64,000 bases of DNA, from positions 1,536,001-1,600,000 of the forward strand of contig CAXXLQ010000004.1 in assembly GCA_963668695.2 (NCBI GenBank), read 5' to 3'. Numbering within the stretch: the stretch's first letter is position 1; each line of letters starts with the position of its first letter. The stretch comes from Vicinamibacteria bacterium. GTDB lineage: Bacteria > Acidobacteriota > Vicinamibacteria > Marinacidobacterales > Marinacidobacteraceae. Both the position numbers and the translations under genes were made by a program. Below the pieces are notes generated by a model. The model saw nothing but the letters and a program-made list of their open reading frames with translations, did not search any database and was not told the DNA's origin. This document shows positions 48,764 through 58,896 of this stretch, piece by piece.

Positions 48764-50043
48764 TCGCCGCCCTGCTGGTCACGCTCGCGGTCCTGCTCCT
48801 GCTCGGGGTGCCGGTCGCCTTTGCGATCGGCCTGAGCGGCATGGCGGCGCTCCTCGCCGACGGCCAGATCCCCTTCGAACTCATCCCCCAGCGCGCCTTC
48901 GCCGCGCTCAACTCCTGGGCGCTGATGGCGGTGCCGCTCTTCATCTTCGCCGGGGAACTCATGAACGCCTGCGGGATCTCCCGGCGCATGGTCGAGGTCG
49001 TGGGACGGCTGCGGGGCGGACTGCCGATCGTGTCGGTGGTCTCCTCCATGTTCTTTGCGAGCATTTCGGGCAGCTCCAGCGCGAGCACCGCCGCCGTCGG
49101 CTCCATGATGATCCCGGCCATGAAGGAACGCGGATATCCGGCCGGCTTCGCCACCGCGCTCCAGGCGGCGGGCGGCGCCCTCGGGCCGATCATCCCGCCG
49201 AGCATCATCATGATCGTGATGGGCTACGTGACGGAGACCTCCATCGCGGCGCTCTTCGTGGGCGGCATCGTGCCCGGGTTTCTCATGGCGGGCGCGCTGA
49301 TCGCGATCAACCACCGGAGGTCGCGCCGCTACGAGGCGGCGGCCGCCGCCGCGGGGAAGGGACCCCCGCCCGCGGAAGGCTCGCTCGGCCGGGCGATCCT
49401 GGGCGCCCTCCCGGCGCTCGGGATGCCGGTGGTGGTGCTCGGGGGAATCCTGGCTGGGATCTTCACCGCCACCGAGGCCGCCGGGGTGGCGGTCGCCTAC
49501 GGCCTCGCGGTGGGGTTTTTCGTCTATCGCGAACTTCGCGTCCGCGATCTGCGCCCGTTGCTCGTGAGCGCGGCGCTCCGCTCGTGCGTCGTCCTCTTTG
49601 TCGCCACCAGCGCGTTCCTCCTCGCCTGGATCATTGCGGTGGGCCGGGTGCCCGACCAGGTCGGCGCCCAGGTGGAAGCCCTGGCCGGCGGCCAGCTCTC
49701 CTTCCTGATCGCCTGCAACGTGATCCTCATCGTGGTGGGCATGTTCATGGAGAGCATCTCGGCCATCATCGTCATCATGCCCATCCTGTTCCCGCTGGCG
49801 CTGCAACTCGGGATCGATCCGATCCACTTCGGGGTGTTGGCCTCGGTGAACCTGTGCATCGGCATGGTGACGCCGCCCTACGGGGCGACCCTCTTCGTTG
49901 CCTGCACGATCGCGAAGAAGAGCATCAGCGAGGTGGCGATCTGGACCGTCCGTCCGGTGCTCGCCATGGTGGCGGTGCTGGTGGCGATCACGGTGTTCCC
50001 GGACGCCGTGACGATCCTGCCGCGCTGGCTGGGCATGCTGTGA
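48760..50043 (+). CDS. dctM: TRAP transporter large permease
   Basis: AVPLFIFAGELM, SISGSS, IIPPSI, FTATEA, GIDPIHFG, TPPYG. Confidence 0.95.
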   Translation: MIAALLVTLAVLLLLGVPVAFAIGLSGMAALLADGQIPFELIPQRAFAALNSWALMAVPLFIFAGELMNACGISRRMVEVVGRLRGGLPIVSVVSSMFFASISGSSSASTAAVGSMMIPAMKERGYPAGFATALQAAGGALGPIIPPSIIMIVMGYVTETSIAALFVGGIVPGFLMAGALIAINHRRSRRYEAAAAAAGKGPPPAEGSLGRAILGALPALGMPVVVLGGILAGIFTATEAAGVAVAYGLAVGFFVYRELRVRDLRPLLVSAALRSCVVLFVATSAFLLAWIIAVGRVPDQVGAQVEALAGGQLSFLIACNVILIVVGMFMESISAIIVIMPILFPLALQLGIDPIHFGVLASVNLCIGMVTPPYGATLFVACTIAKKSISEVAIWTVRPVLAMVAVLVAITVFPDAVTILPRWLGML

Positions 50044-51131
50044 TGTTCCGGCGAGCTTCCGTTCTGCCCGTTCTGCCCGTCCTGCCCGTCCTGCCCGTCC
50101 TGCCCGTTCTGCCCGTTCTGCCCGTCCTGCCCGTTCTGCCCGTTCTGCCCGTTCTGCCCGTTCTGGCCGTCCTGATCCTGTTCGCGGGGTGCCGGCCGCC
50201 GGAAGGACGCCGCATCACGATCAAGGCCAGCACGAGCACCGCGGCAAATGAGCCCGCCGTCAAGGGGCTCGAGGTCTTCGCGCGCGAGGTCGCCGCGGCG
50301 ACCGGCGGCCGTATCGCGGTCGAGATCTACCCGAACAACGTGCTCGGGAACGAACGGGACGTCATCGAACTCGCGATCATCGGGGCCGTGGAACTGACGA
50401 CCCCCTCGAATGCCCCGCTCGCCACCTTCGCGCCCGAGCTGCTGGTGTTCGACCTGCCCTACCTGTTCCGCGACCGGCCGCACATGTACGAGGTGCTCGA
50501 CGGCCCCATCGGCCGGAGTTTCGAAGCGCCGCTCCGGGAGCGGGGACTCGTCCTCCTCGGCTACTTCGAAGCCGGACTCCGGCACCTCATGACCCGGGAC
50601 CGGGCGATCGAGCGCCCGGAGGATCTGTCGGGACTCAAGATCCGGACGATGGAGAACCCGCTCCACCTCCGGGCCTTCGAAGCCTTCGGAGCGAGCCCGC
50701 TCCCCATGGCCTACGGAGAGGTCTATACCGCCCTGGAGCAGGGGGTGATCGACGGCGCGGAGGCCGCCCGCTCGAACTACTTCTCGAAACGCTTCTTCGA
50801 GGTGGCTCCCAACTGGTCGGAGATCGGCTGGATGTACCTCGTGCAGCCGCTGGTGATGAGCGAGCGCTTCTTCTCGTCGCTCTCCGCCGAGGATCAGGCC
50901 GCCGTGCGGGCGGCGGCAGGGATGGCGGTCGCAGCAGAGCGCGAGGAGTACCAAAAGCAGGACGAGGAAGCGCTCGCGAAGCTGCGGGCCGCCGGGGTCC
51001 GCTTCACGCATCCCGATACCGACGCGCTGCTGGAGCTGGCGCGCGAGGTGTGGCGCGGCGCCGAACACATCGTGGATCCCGCTCTCGTCGAGGCCATCAC
51101 CGGGTACCGCCTGCGCGACCCCGCGCCGTAG
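50043..51131 (+). CDS. dctP: TRAP substrate-binding lipoprotein (DctP family)
   Basis: Lipobox LFAGC; LG.ERD.IE, FDLPYLF, DLSGLKIRTM, P.PMAYGEVYTALEQGVIDG. Confidence 0.92.
   Translation: MFRRASVLPVLPVLPVLPVLPVLPVLPVLPVLPVLPVLPVLAVLILFAGCRPPEGRRITIKASTSTAANEPAVKGLEVFAREVAAATGGRIAVEIYPNNVLGNERDVIELAIIGAVELTTPSNAPLATFAPELLVFDLPYLFRDRPHMYEVLDGPIGRSFEAPLRERGLVLLGYFEAGLRHLMTRDRAIERPEDLSGLKIRTMENPLHLRAFEAFGASPLPMAYGEVYTALEQGVIDGAEAARSNYFSKRFFEVAPNWSEIGWMYLVQPLVMSERFFSSLSAEDQAAVRAAAGMAVAAEREEYQKQDEEALAKLRAAGVRFTHPDTDALLELAREVWRGAEHIVDPALVEAITGYRLRDPAP
50061..50168 (+). repeat. 11-12 x 9-bp repeat (GTYCTGCCC; Val-Leu-Pro) inside the DctP signal peptide
   Basis: 11 VLP units followed by VLA. Confidence 0.95.
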
Positions 51132-51138
51132 TCGCAGC

Positions 51139-52398
51139 ATGGACCGCCATCGCGCGCTGACGCTGGCGGAGGGCGCCCGCGGCGAACTGCTCGCGCTCCT
51201 CGAGGCGCTGATCGCGGCGCCGAGCCCGTACGGCAGTTCCGCCGGAGAGGCGCAGACCCGCCTGGAGGGGTACCTGGAGCAGAACGGCTTCGCGGTCGAG
51301 ACCACGGAAGATTCCGCCGAAGCGCAGCGCGCTCATCCGGAGTTCAGCCCGCCCCCGCCGGCGGCCGAAGCTCCCGTGAACCTGGTCGCCACGCCCGCGG
51401 ACCCCGCGGGCCTCACGTTCTTCGCGCACGTGGATACCGAGGCCGTCACGGACGGTTGGTCCTCGCCGCCCTGCGAGGCAACCTTGTGGAACGGACGCGT
51501 TCATGGGCTCGGAGCCGCGGACGACAAGGGGGGTCTCGCGGCGGCGGCGGTGGCGGCGGCGCTCCTGCGGCGGCACTGCGGCCGGGCGCCGCTGCTTGCC
51601 AGCGTTCACGGAAAGGGGGGCGGGGCGCGCGGCACCCTTCCGGTCCTTGCCCGGATGTTGGCCCGGATGCTGGCCCGGATGCCGGAGGCGGGAGACTGCC
51701 TCTACGTGCATCCGCCCGAGAACGGCGCGGGCCTTGCCATCCTGAAGAACGCGAGCCGGGGCGTGCTCGATGTGGCCCTCCGGGTCACCGGCTGGTCCGG
51801 GCGGCCCCGGGAGATCGGAACCCCACAAAGCGTCCCGTTCGGGGAAGGCGGCAGCGCGCTCGATGGCTGCCTGCGGTTGGTCGAGACCCTCCGCCAGGGG
51901 GAACTCGCGGACTGCGAACTCAACCTCGGACGAGTGGTCGCCGGGGAGGCCGCCGGCCTGACGCCCGTGCGCTGCGATGCCGGGCTGCGGGTGCTGTTCC
52001 GCGGCGACCGCAGGGCCGCGGACGTGCTGGCCGCCATCCATCGTGCCGCCGCGAATCCCGCGCGTCCCGCGGCCGGCTCCGGCGAAGCGTTTCGCTTCGA
52101 GATCGCAGCGCCGGGGATTCGCGCGAATCCCGCCGAGACCCGCTGGAAGAGCGGTTTCGCAGTCCAGCTCCAGACGGCGGTCGCCGAGATCACCGGGCAG
52201 GAACCGGTCGCCTACGCCGAGCACCTGGCGAGCGACATCCGCTTCCCGATCCGCATCGGCGGGGTGTCCTCGGTCGGGGTCGGCTCCCTCGCCGGGAATT
52301 TCTACGGCCCCGACGAATGGGTGGATCTCGACGACCTGGTGCGCCTGGTGGCGGTGCTGGTGCTCTTTGGCGCGCACTGGACGGAAAGCGGCACCTAA
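51139..52398 (+). CDS. M20-family (ArgE/DapE-like) hydrolase, divergent
   Basis: FAHVDT, GRVHGLGAADDKGG, SDIRF, GPDEWVDLDDL; the usual EE and final His positions read GK and Y. Confidence 0.8.
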   Translation: MDRHRALTLAEGARGELLALLEALIAAPSPYGSSAGEAQTRLEGYLEQNGFAVETTEDSAEAQRAHPEFSPPPPAAEAPVNLVATPADPAGLTFFAHVDTEAVTDGWSSPPCEATLWNGRVHGLGAADDKGGLAAAAVAAALLRRHCGRAPLLASVHGKGGGARGTLPVLARMLARMLARMPEAGDCLYVHPPENGAGLAILKNASRGVLDVALRVTGWSGRPREIGTPQSVPFGEGGSALDGCLRLVETLRQGELADCELNLGRVVAGEAAGLTPVRCDAGLRVLFRGDRRAADVLAAIHRAAANPARPAAGSGEAFRFEIAAPGIRANPAETRWKSGFAVQLQTAVAEITGQEPVAYAEHLASDIRFPIRIGGVSSVGVGSLAGNFYGPDEWVDLDDLVRLVAVLVLFGAHWTESGT

Positions 52399-52684
52399 CA
52401 GCCTGTGGCAAAACCCACGCGGCGTTCGAGCGGCGATCCATCCCGCCAAACAGCCTGTGGTGGAACCCAGGCGGCGTTCGGCCGGCGATCCATCCCGGCT
52501 GAACCGCGTCGCTGCGCGCCGCTCATCGTTGCGTTTCGGTCGAAATACACCCGGGCCAGTTCTCCCGGTGGGGGCTCCTCCCTCACGCGCCTTGTCAGCC
52601 GGACCCCCACCGGGAGAACTGGGCCTCGCCCCCACCGGGAGAACTGGCCGCTCTCGGCGCTCACCCGGGTTCCACCACAGGCTG
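52399..52684. mobile_element. Modular element inserted exactly between two convergent stop codons
   Basis: CTAA-CAGCCTGTGG...CCACAGGCTG-TTAA. Confidence 0.8.
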
Positions 52685-54064
52685 TTAATCCCGACGCGTC
52701 GCCACCAGGAAGAGACGCCGGAACGGATAGACGGTGTAGCCGTCGGCGCGGCGCGGGTACGCCGCGCGCAAGCGCTCGCGGTACACCTCGAGGAAGCGCT
52801 CGAGGTCGGCGCCGTCCAGTCCGTTCAGGACCGGCCGGAGCCCCGTCGCCCGGACCCATTCGAGCACGGCGTCTTCGCCTTCGAGCCGGTGGAAGTACTC
52901 GGTCTCCCAGATGTCGAGCGTCGCCGCCTGGGGCGCGAGCAGGTCGTAGTACGCACCCCAATCGAGTACCCACTCGCGCGCGGCGGCAGCCGCGAGTGCC
53001 TCGTCGCCCAGCGGCGAGCCGCCTACGCCGCCGTTCGCCAGGGTCTCGCACATCAACACGTGGGACGGTTGGGAGTGACTGAGCGGCATCTGCACCGCGA
53101 GGCAACCGCGGGGGGCGAGATAGCCGAGCAGCCTGGGAAATAGCGTCGGGTGATGCTGGAGCCAGTGCAGGACGGCATTGGAGTAGATGAGTTGCGGTGC
53201 GTACTCGGGTTCCCAGTCCGCGATGTCGGCCCGGACCCACTCGCTGCGGCCCGGTTCTGCGGAGGCTTTGGCCAGCATCTCCGGGGAACTGTCGAGACCG
53301 ATCACGCGGGCGGTGGGGAACCGTTCCGCGATGATCCGGGTGACGGCCCCGGTGCCGCATCCGAGGTCGTAGACGAGCGACGCATCGGTGACCGGCACCC
53401 GGTGCAGGAGCTCAAGCGCCGGGCGAAACCGGTGGTCGCCGAACCTCTGGTACTGGTCCGGGTCCCAGGCGGCGCCCCTGGGTCGGAAGCGCCGGGACTC
53501 GCGCGTCGGGTCCATCGGCCCCATCGGCCGAGAACACTCCCCGGCCGGCGAGCCTCGGCGGCGGAACGGTTGTGCGTACCCCGCTCGGTCGAACACCACG
53601 TAGAGCGCCCCGCTCCCGCCGTCCTCGCGGCGCGCCTCGCCCCAAGTGGCGACCAGTTCGGGCTTCCAACCGGCGAGCCATTCGGGGACCCGCGGCGCCA
53701 ACACCGCCCGGCCCTCGGGGGAGCGGTATCCCTTGCCGTGGATCACCATCACGAAACGGTCTCCCGCCGCCCGGCGCGCCCTCAGGAAGCTCTCCAGCAG
53801 ATGGCGCGCTTCCTCCTGCGTCCTCTGGCGCAGCGAGACGGTGGAGTCGTCGCGCACCCGCCGCTTGCCGCTCTGGAGTTCCCGGAGCAGGGTGAACGGC
53901 GACGGGAGTCCGGAAGCCGAGGGCAGGTCCCGGACGGCGCCGAGGAGTTCCGGCGGCGTCTCGGCGACCGCCTGGGTGAACTCGGCCCGATCCCGCTCCG
54001 TCAGTCGGGGAGCCTCGGGCATCCTGAGCTGGGGTGGCTTCCGGCTACGGGACGGATCAGGCAT
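52685..54064 (-). CDS. tam: In-frame Smr domain + trans-aconitate 2-methyltransferase-like protein (Tam part could start at ATG 53524 or 53515)
   Basis: Smr: VIHGKG.RS...VL...W...GGSGALYV; Tam: WDPDQY.RF...RP..ELL, DLGCGTG, SNAVLHW, LAVQMP, YPFRRLF.VA. Confidence 0.8.
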   Translation of the reverse strand: MPDPSRSRKPPQLRMPEAPRLTERDRAEFTQAVAETPPELLGAVRDLPSASGLPSPFTLLRELQSGKRRVRDDSTVSLRQRTQEEARHLLESFLRARRAAGDRFVMVIHGKGYRSPEGRAVLAPRVPEWLAGWKPELVATWGEARREDGGSGALYVVFDRAGYAQPFRRRGSPAGECSRPMGPMDPTRESRRFRPRGAAWDPDQYQRFGDHRFRPALELLHRVPVTDASLVYDLGCGTGAVTRIIAERFPTARVIGLDSSPEMLAKASAEPGRSEWVRADIADWEPEYAPQLIYSNAVLHWLQHHPTLFPRLLGYLAPRGCLAVQMPLSHSQPSHVLMCETLANGGVGGSPLGDEALAAAAAREWVLDWGAYYDLLAPQAATLDIWETEYFHRLEGEDAVLEWVRATGLRPVLNGLDGADLERFLEVYRERLRAAYPRRADGYTVYPFRRLFLVATRRD

Positions 54065-54150
54065 GAAGGTTTCTGGTGAGCAGCCTGTTTGTGGGGGCGG
54101 AACACGCCGCATACACTCGGGTTCGGCCGCTCTTGAGGGAGGTACCCCCG

Positions 54151-54294
54151 ATGACGATACCGAAGACCCCTGCATTCCGCACGGGCTGTTTGCTGGCTCT
54201 CCTCTTCACTTTGGGCGGCTGTATTGCGAGTAGTCCGAGGACACCCTGCCCGAACAATCCGGTTCCCATGATGACGGAGGCACCCCCCCGATGA
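54151..54294 (+). CDS. Putative 47-aa lipoprotein sharing its N-terminus with the downstream peptidase
   Basis: GGAGG RBS; MTIPKTPAFRTGCLLALLFTLGGC; stop overlaps the next ATG (ATGA). Confidence 0.45.
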   Translation: MTIPKTPAFRTGCLLALLFTLGGCIASSPRTPCPNNPVPMMTEAPPR

Positions 54295-55715
54295 CGATAC
54301 CGAAGACCCCTGCATTCCGCACGGGCTGTTGGCTGGCGCTCGCTTTCGCCCTGAGCGGTTGCACGATGGATTCCGGATCGTCGGACCCAGCGGCTCCGGA
54401 TGCTGCCGACTACGGGATCCCGGACTCCAGGGAGCGGTTCGCAATCCAGCGCGACGCCATCGCCGAGAAGCTCCAGACAGTGCTCCTCCCCGCGATGCGC
54501 AACCACGGGATCGACATGTGGATCGTCCTGGACCGGGAGAACAACGAAGAGCCGCTCCACGTCGAACTCGGGGGCGGGTTCGCGGGAGTGCGCGGCGCGT
54601 TCATCTTCCATGACAACGGCTCGGATACCGTCGAGAAGCTCTACTACAGCTCCCACGAACAACCGGCGAACTCGGTCATCAGCCAGGTCTATGACGAGAC
54701 GATCTACTACGGATACAGCCGGGAAGGGCTCACCCCGCACATCCGGAAGGCCATCGAGGACCGGGACCCGCAGACGATCGGGGTCAACACCTCGCACACC
54801 CTTCCCGAAGCGGACGGGCTGACGGTCGGCCTCCGAAAGTTCCTGGTGGATGCGATCGGGCCCGAGTACGCGAGCCGGATCGTCTCGGCCGAGCTGTTGG
54901 TGCGCGACTTCCGGCTCCAGCGCACACCCGCCGAAACCGCCATCTACACCGACCTGCTCGCTTGGTCGGCCCGCTGGATGGAGGAGGCGCTCTCCACCGA
55001 AAACATCGTCACCGGCGTCACCACCGCGGAAGACGTCTCCTGGTGGCTGCTGGACCGGGCACTCGAGTTGGGGCTCACCGGCGGGGGCACCGTCCGGGTG
55101 GTACGGGAAGGAGAACTGCTCCCCATCCACGATCCGGACATCGCGCTCGAACCCGGAGACATCGTGGGGATCGACGGCGGGCTCCGCTATCTCCACTACG
55201 CGATCGACATCAAGCGCACCGCCTACATCCTGAAGCCCGGCGAGACCGCGATGCCGGAGAGCCTTCAGGAAGTCTGGCGGACCACTCACGAGGTCGGCGA
55301 TTTCTACGCGAGCATGATGGTGCCGGGCGCCGTCGGTTTCGAAACCTGGTCGGCCATCAATGCCGAGATGGAAAAGCGCGGCTACCGCGCGACCGGCCCT
55401 GACGCGGGCGGCGATGCGACCACCACCAGCGAGCCGGAAGTGGGGGTGTACGGCCACTCGGTCGGCAACGTGGCCCATGACATCGGCGCGCGGATTGCGG
55501 CCGACATCCCGTTCGCCTACGGGGACCGGGTCCGCTTCCCGCTCCAGGCGAACGAGTGGGTCTCCATCGAGTTCCACGCGAGCATCCCGGTTCCCGAATG
55601 GGACGGCAAGACCTGGTACGCGCGGTTCGAGGAGACGGCGCAGATCACCGAGGAGGGGGTGAAGTGGCTCATTCCGACGCAGAAGGAACTGTTCCTGATC
55701 GAACCCGCGCCCTGA
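54291..55715 (+). CDS. M24 family (Xaa-Pro-type) metallopeptidase lipoprotein
   Basis: Lipobox LSGC; GIDGG...DIKRTAY, YGHSVG, SIEF, FEE. Confidence 0.88.
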   Translation: MTIPKTPAFRTGCWLALAFALSGCTMDSGSSDPAAPDAADYGIPDSRERFAIQRDAIAEKLQTVLLPAMRNHGIDMWIVLDRENNEEPLHVELGGGFAGVRGAFIFHDNGSDTVEKLYYSSHEQPANSVISQVYDETIYYGYSREGLTPHIRKAIEDRDPQTIGVNTSHTLPEADGLTVGLRKFLVDAIGPEYASRIVSAELLVRDFRLQRTPAETAIYTDLLAWSARWMEEALSTENIVTGVTTAEDVSWWLLDRALELGLTGGGTVRVVREGELLPIHDPDIALEPGDIVGIDGGLRYLHYAIDIKRTAYILKPGETAMPESLQEVWRTTHEVGDFYASMMVPGAVGFETWSAINAEMEKRGYRATGPDAGGDATTTSEPEVGVYGHSVGNVAHDIGARIAADIPFAYGDRVRFPLQANEWVSIEFHASIPVPEWDGKTWYARFEETAQITEEGVKWLIPTQKELFLIEPAP

Positions 55716-57112
55716 TCGCGGGAACGACCGCCGTTTGGGGCCTGGTGCTCCTGCTCCCGGGCTGTGCCGCGCCCCCACCCGCCGAGATGAATCCGTATGG
55801 GGTTCCTTCGGAGCGGGAACAGTGGGAACTCAAGCGCACGATCGTGCAGAAGAAACTCGACGAAGCGCTGCCACCGGCCATGCGGGCCCACGACATCGAC
55901 ATGTGGATCGTGATGGACCGGGAGAACAACGAGGAGCCGCTCCACGACGAGGTGGGGGGTGGATATCCGGGGGTCCGCGGCGTGTATCTCTTCTTCGACC
56001 GGGGAGAGGAAGGCATCGAGAAGCTCTTCTTCGGATCCCACGTGCAGCCGAACACGGCCATCGTTCCCTGGCTCTACGACGCTACGACCTACTACGGCTA
56101 CCACCCGGAGGGGGTGGCGCCGCTCCTCCGGGACGCCGTGGCCGAGCGCGATCCGCAGCGGATCGGGGTGAACCGCTCCTACACGCTGCCCGAAGCCGAC
56201 GGGCTCACCGTGGGTCTCCTGGAGTACATCGAGAACGCGATCGGTCTCGAGTATTCGTCCCGGATCGTCTCCGCGGAGCTGCTGGTGCGCGATTTCCGGC
56301 TGCACAAGGTGCCGGAAGAGGTCGAGGTGTTCACCCAGCTACTGGAGTGGAGCGACCGCTGGATGAAGGAGGGTTTCGACATGGTCGTGCCCGGCGAGAC
56401 CACTGCTGCCGATCTCTTCTGGTGGATGGAGCAGCGGGCCAGGGACGTGGGGCTCGAAACCGGCCAGAGCGGATCCAACGTCGCCCGGATCGTCCGCGAG
56501 GGAGAGCAACTGCCGCTCGCCAGCGCCCACGCGATCGGGCCCGGCGACATCGTCGGCATCGACAGCGGGCTCAAGTATCTCGGCTACGAGACCGACATGA
56601 AGCGCACCATCTACGTCCTGCGCGAGGGAGAGACCGAGCCGCCGCAAAGCGTCCGGGACGCCTGGCAGGAGACGCTCGGGGTGGCCGACATCTACGTCGA
56701 GGAAATGATCCCGGGCCGTACCGGGACCGAAGTTTGGGCCGCCATCGTCGAGCGGGTTCAGGACCGCGGTTACCGGGTTGTGGGGCCGGACGCCGGCGGG
56801 GTCGCCGCCACCGACACCCGGCCGGAGATCGGCATCTACGGCCACTCGGTCGGCAACAACTCGCACGACATCGGGGCGCGGGTCGCGGAGGACTTCCCGC
56901 TCGCCTACGGGCAGCGGGTGCGGTTTCCCCTCGTTGAGGGCGAGTTCGTCTCGGTGGAGTTCCATCTGAGCACGCCGATCGCCGAGTGGGGCGGCACGAC
57001 CTGGTACTCCCGTTTCGAGGAAAACGCCCAGCAGGCCGCGGCCGGCGTGAACTGGCTGATTCCCCGCCAGGAGAGCCTGCTGCTGGTGGCCCCCGAGGGC
57101 GGACTTCGGTAA
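55712..57112 (+). CDS. M24 family metallopeptidase lipoprotein, paralog 2 (start uncertain: CTG 55712 or ATG 55787)
   Basis: LLLPGC lipobox-like; GIDSG...TDMKRT, YGHSVG, SVEFH, FEEN. Confidence 0.85.
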   Translation: MIAGTTAVWGLVLLLPGCAAPPPAEMNPYGVPSEREQWELKRTIVQKKLDEALPPAMRAHDIDMWIVMDRENNEEPLHDEVGGGYPGVRGVYLFFDRGEEGIEKLFFGSHVQPNTAIVPWLYDATTYYGYHPEGVAPLLRDAVAERDPQRIGVNRSYTLPEADGLTVGLLEYIENAIGLEYSSRIVSAELLVRDFRLHKVPEEVEVFTQLLEWSDRWMKEGFDMVVPGETTAADLFWWMEQRARDVGLETGQSGSNVARIVREGEQLPLASAHAIGPGDIVGIDSGLKYLGYETDMKRTIYVLREGETEPPQSVRDAWQETLGVADIYVEEMIPGRTGTEVWAAIVERVQDRGYRVVGPDAGGVAATDTRPEIGIYGHSVGNNSHDIGARVAEDFPLAYGQRVRFPLVEGEFVSVEFHLSTPIAEWGGTTWYSRFEENAQQAAAGVNWLIPRQESLLLVAPEGGLR

Positions 57113-57480
57113 GGGAATCGACCTCGCGCCAGCATCATCCCAGTCGACAGGTGAGAGCCTTGGGACGCGGAACAGCGCTCTTCGCGGGGATGGTGCCGCC
57201 GGCAAAAGAACGCCGACCGCTGGTCGGCATTGCCCGCCGTAGGCGGGCGAAGCGCGTGGAGCCGGTGCCCGTTACGGTGCCTGCCCCATCCCTACGAAAC
57301 GCGATTCTTGTGAGACATGAGGATAGCCTTGCTCATCCGGGACAGGAGACGGCCGTAGAGTGGCGGTTGGGTGACACCAACGCTTACGCACCAGGATGGG
57401 CACCAAGCCACGCCCGCTGTTCATCGCGCGCATCGTGATGGATACTCGCGACGCCGCGCAACAGCGGCGCGGTCGGGCGA

Positions 57481-58752
57481 TCAGTGGATCCTGCAGAGGA
57501 CCGGCTGCCTCGCCGAGGGCGGGATGCTCAACAGCGGTCGCAGCGCCGACGGCATCCCGCCGGGCGGGTCCAGCCACAGCGGACTGTCCTCGGTATCCCA
57601 GCAGCCGGGGATATCGTGCCCGTAGTAATCGTCCCGACCGAAGTCAATCTCGATGCCAGGCATGCAGTAGCTCATGAGGTCGGGACCGTCACAGACATGA
57701 GGGCCAGAGGCTCGGTGGGGCGCACAATCCAGAACGGCGCCGAGATTGTGGAACAACTCGTGCGCAATTAGGAGAGGGTCGCCAATTCCAAAATTCTTGG
57801 GGCCGAGAAGCAGAACCGTAGACCTGCCAGGCGCGTCGGCTCCGCCCACCTCCGCGTACCCCGCACCCGACCCGAAGTCGGTTGACTCGTCCTCGATGCT
57901 ATGACCAAAGAAGACGACGTACACCTTGTCTCCCGCAATGTCGATGCCGACGTCGAGGCTGGGACCGCATCTTGTTACGTGGTTGCATCGCCGAAACCAC
58001 TCTTCGGTATGTTCGCTTCGTACGAAAGTTACGTCTGGTTCGCCGTCGTAGGTGTCCACCCGCAGCCGCCGACCTGTTTGTGCGGCTATCAGGTCAACCG
58101 TCATTTGCATCGTGTCGGCGATCCAACCGTTGATGTCCAGTTCCTGGTCCACCCCGTCACTGGCAACCATATAGATCGGATGGAATTGCCAGCCTGACAC
58201 CTCGTCGGGACGATCCACCAGCGACCGTTCTTGACGAATTCCACGCTCCTTCACGATCAAGTCCAGTGCCGCTGTGCGTCCGTCGTAGCTGGCGGTAATC
58301 CTTGTTTTCCCCTCGGCGAGCGCCTCCACCAGCAGGAACCACCTCTCCGAACGGGAGGAATGGATATCCATAGATCGGGCCACTCCTTGATCAGATACCG
58401 TCCACTGCGCTTCAACGGATCCGCCTGAGCCGTCGATTCGGGCCTCAAGCTCAAAAGTGTCGCCCACCCACATTTCTTCCTCGTCCGCCGCGCGCACGGT
58501 CGAGCCGAAGCTGGTGGTATTGGCCAAAGTCCTGAAGATCACGATTTCCGGCGGCGGAGGTCGGGCCATCGGAGCCTCCGGGACGGTCGGAGCCTCCGGG
58601 ACGGTCGGAGCCTCACTTCCGCCGCACGCTACGTACGCGACCGCGGCGACCGTGCCAAGGGCCGCTCGGGCCCTACCAGCAGCCTGGGCAAGAAGTCGCT
58701 TTGGACGATTGCCGTCAATGATCTGAGCTCGCAGCATGGTGTTTATGGCCAT
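57481..58752 (-). CDS. Putative lipoprotein with Ig-like domain and zincin HExxH motif
   Basis: YVAC-GGS, PTVPEA x2, W..SD..VA...A.AEG.T.ITASY.G (Ig-like), AHELFHNLG, DLMSY; lower GC; start uncertain. Confidence 0.7.
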   Translation of the reverse strand: MAINTMLRAQIIDGNRPKRLLAQAAGRARAALGTVAAVAYVACGGSEAPTVPEAPTVPEAPMARPPPPEIVIFRTLANTTSFGSTVRAADEEEMWVGDTFELEARIDGSGGSVEAQWTVSDQGVARSMDIHSSRSERWFLLVEALAEGKTRITASYDGRTAALDLIVKERGIRQERSLVDRPDEVSGWQFHPIYMVASDGVDQELDINGWIADTMQMTVDLIAAQTGRRLRVDTYDGEPDVTFVRSEHTEEWFRRCNHVTRCGPSLDVGIDIAGDKVYVVFFGHSIEDESTDFGSGAGYAEVGGADAPGRSTVLLLGPKNFGIGDPLLIAHELFHNLGAVLDCAPHRASGPHVCDGPDLMSYCMPGIEIDFGRDDYYGHDIPGCWDTEDSPLWLDPPGGMPSALRPLLSIPPSARQPVLCRIH

Positions 58753-58896
58753 AGGGAGAAGGATGGTGCTCGGTTCTTCGTGGCCAGTCTGTTGTTTGGG
58801 GTGGTCGGACAACTATGACTGAGCCATGAAATGCGTCGGTCACGATTCGACGAAGTAGGGTCAAGTGGCGGAGGGCTTCGACCTCAGTCGTGGGAG

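Noticed and set aside
54081-54100. Isolated CAGCCTGT resembling a MITE end
   Set aside because: No matching opposite end or internal modules
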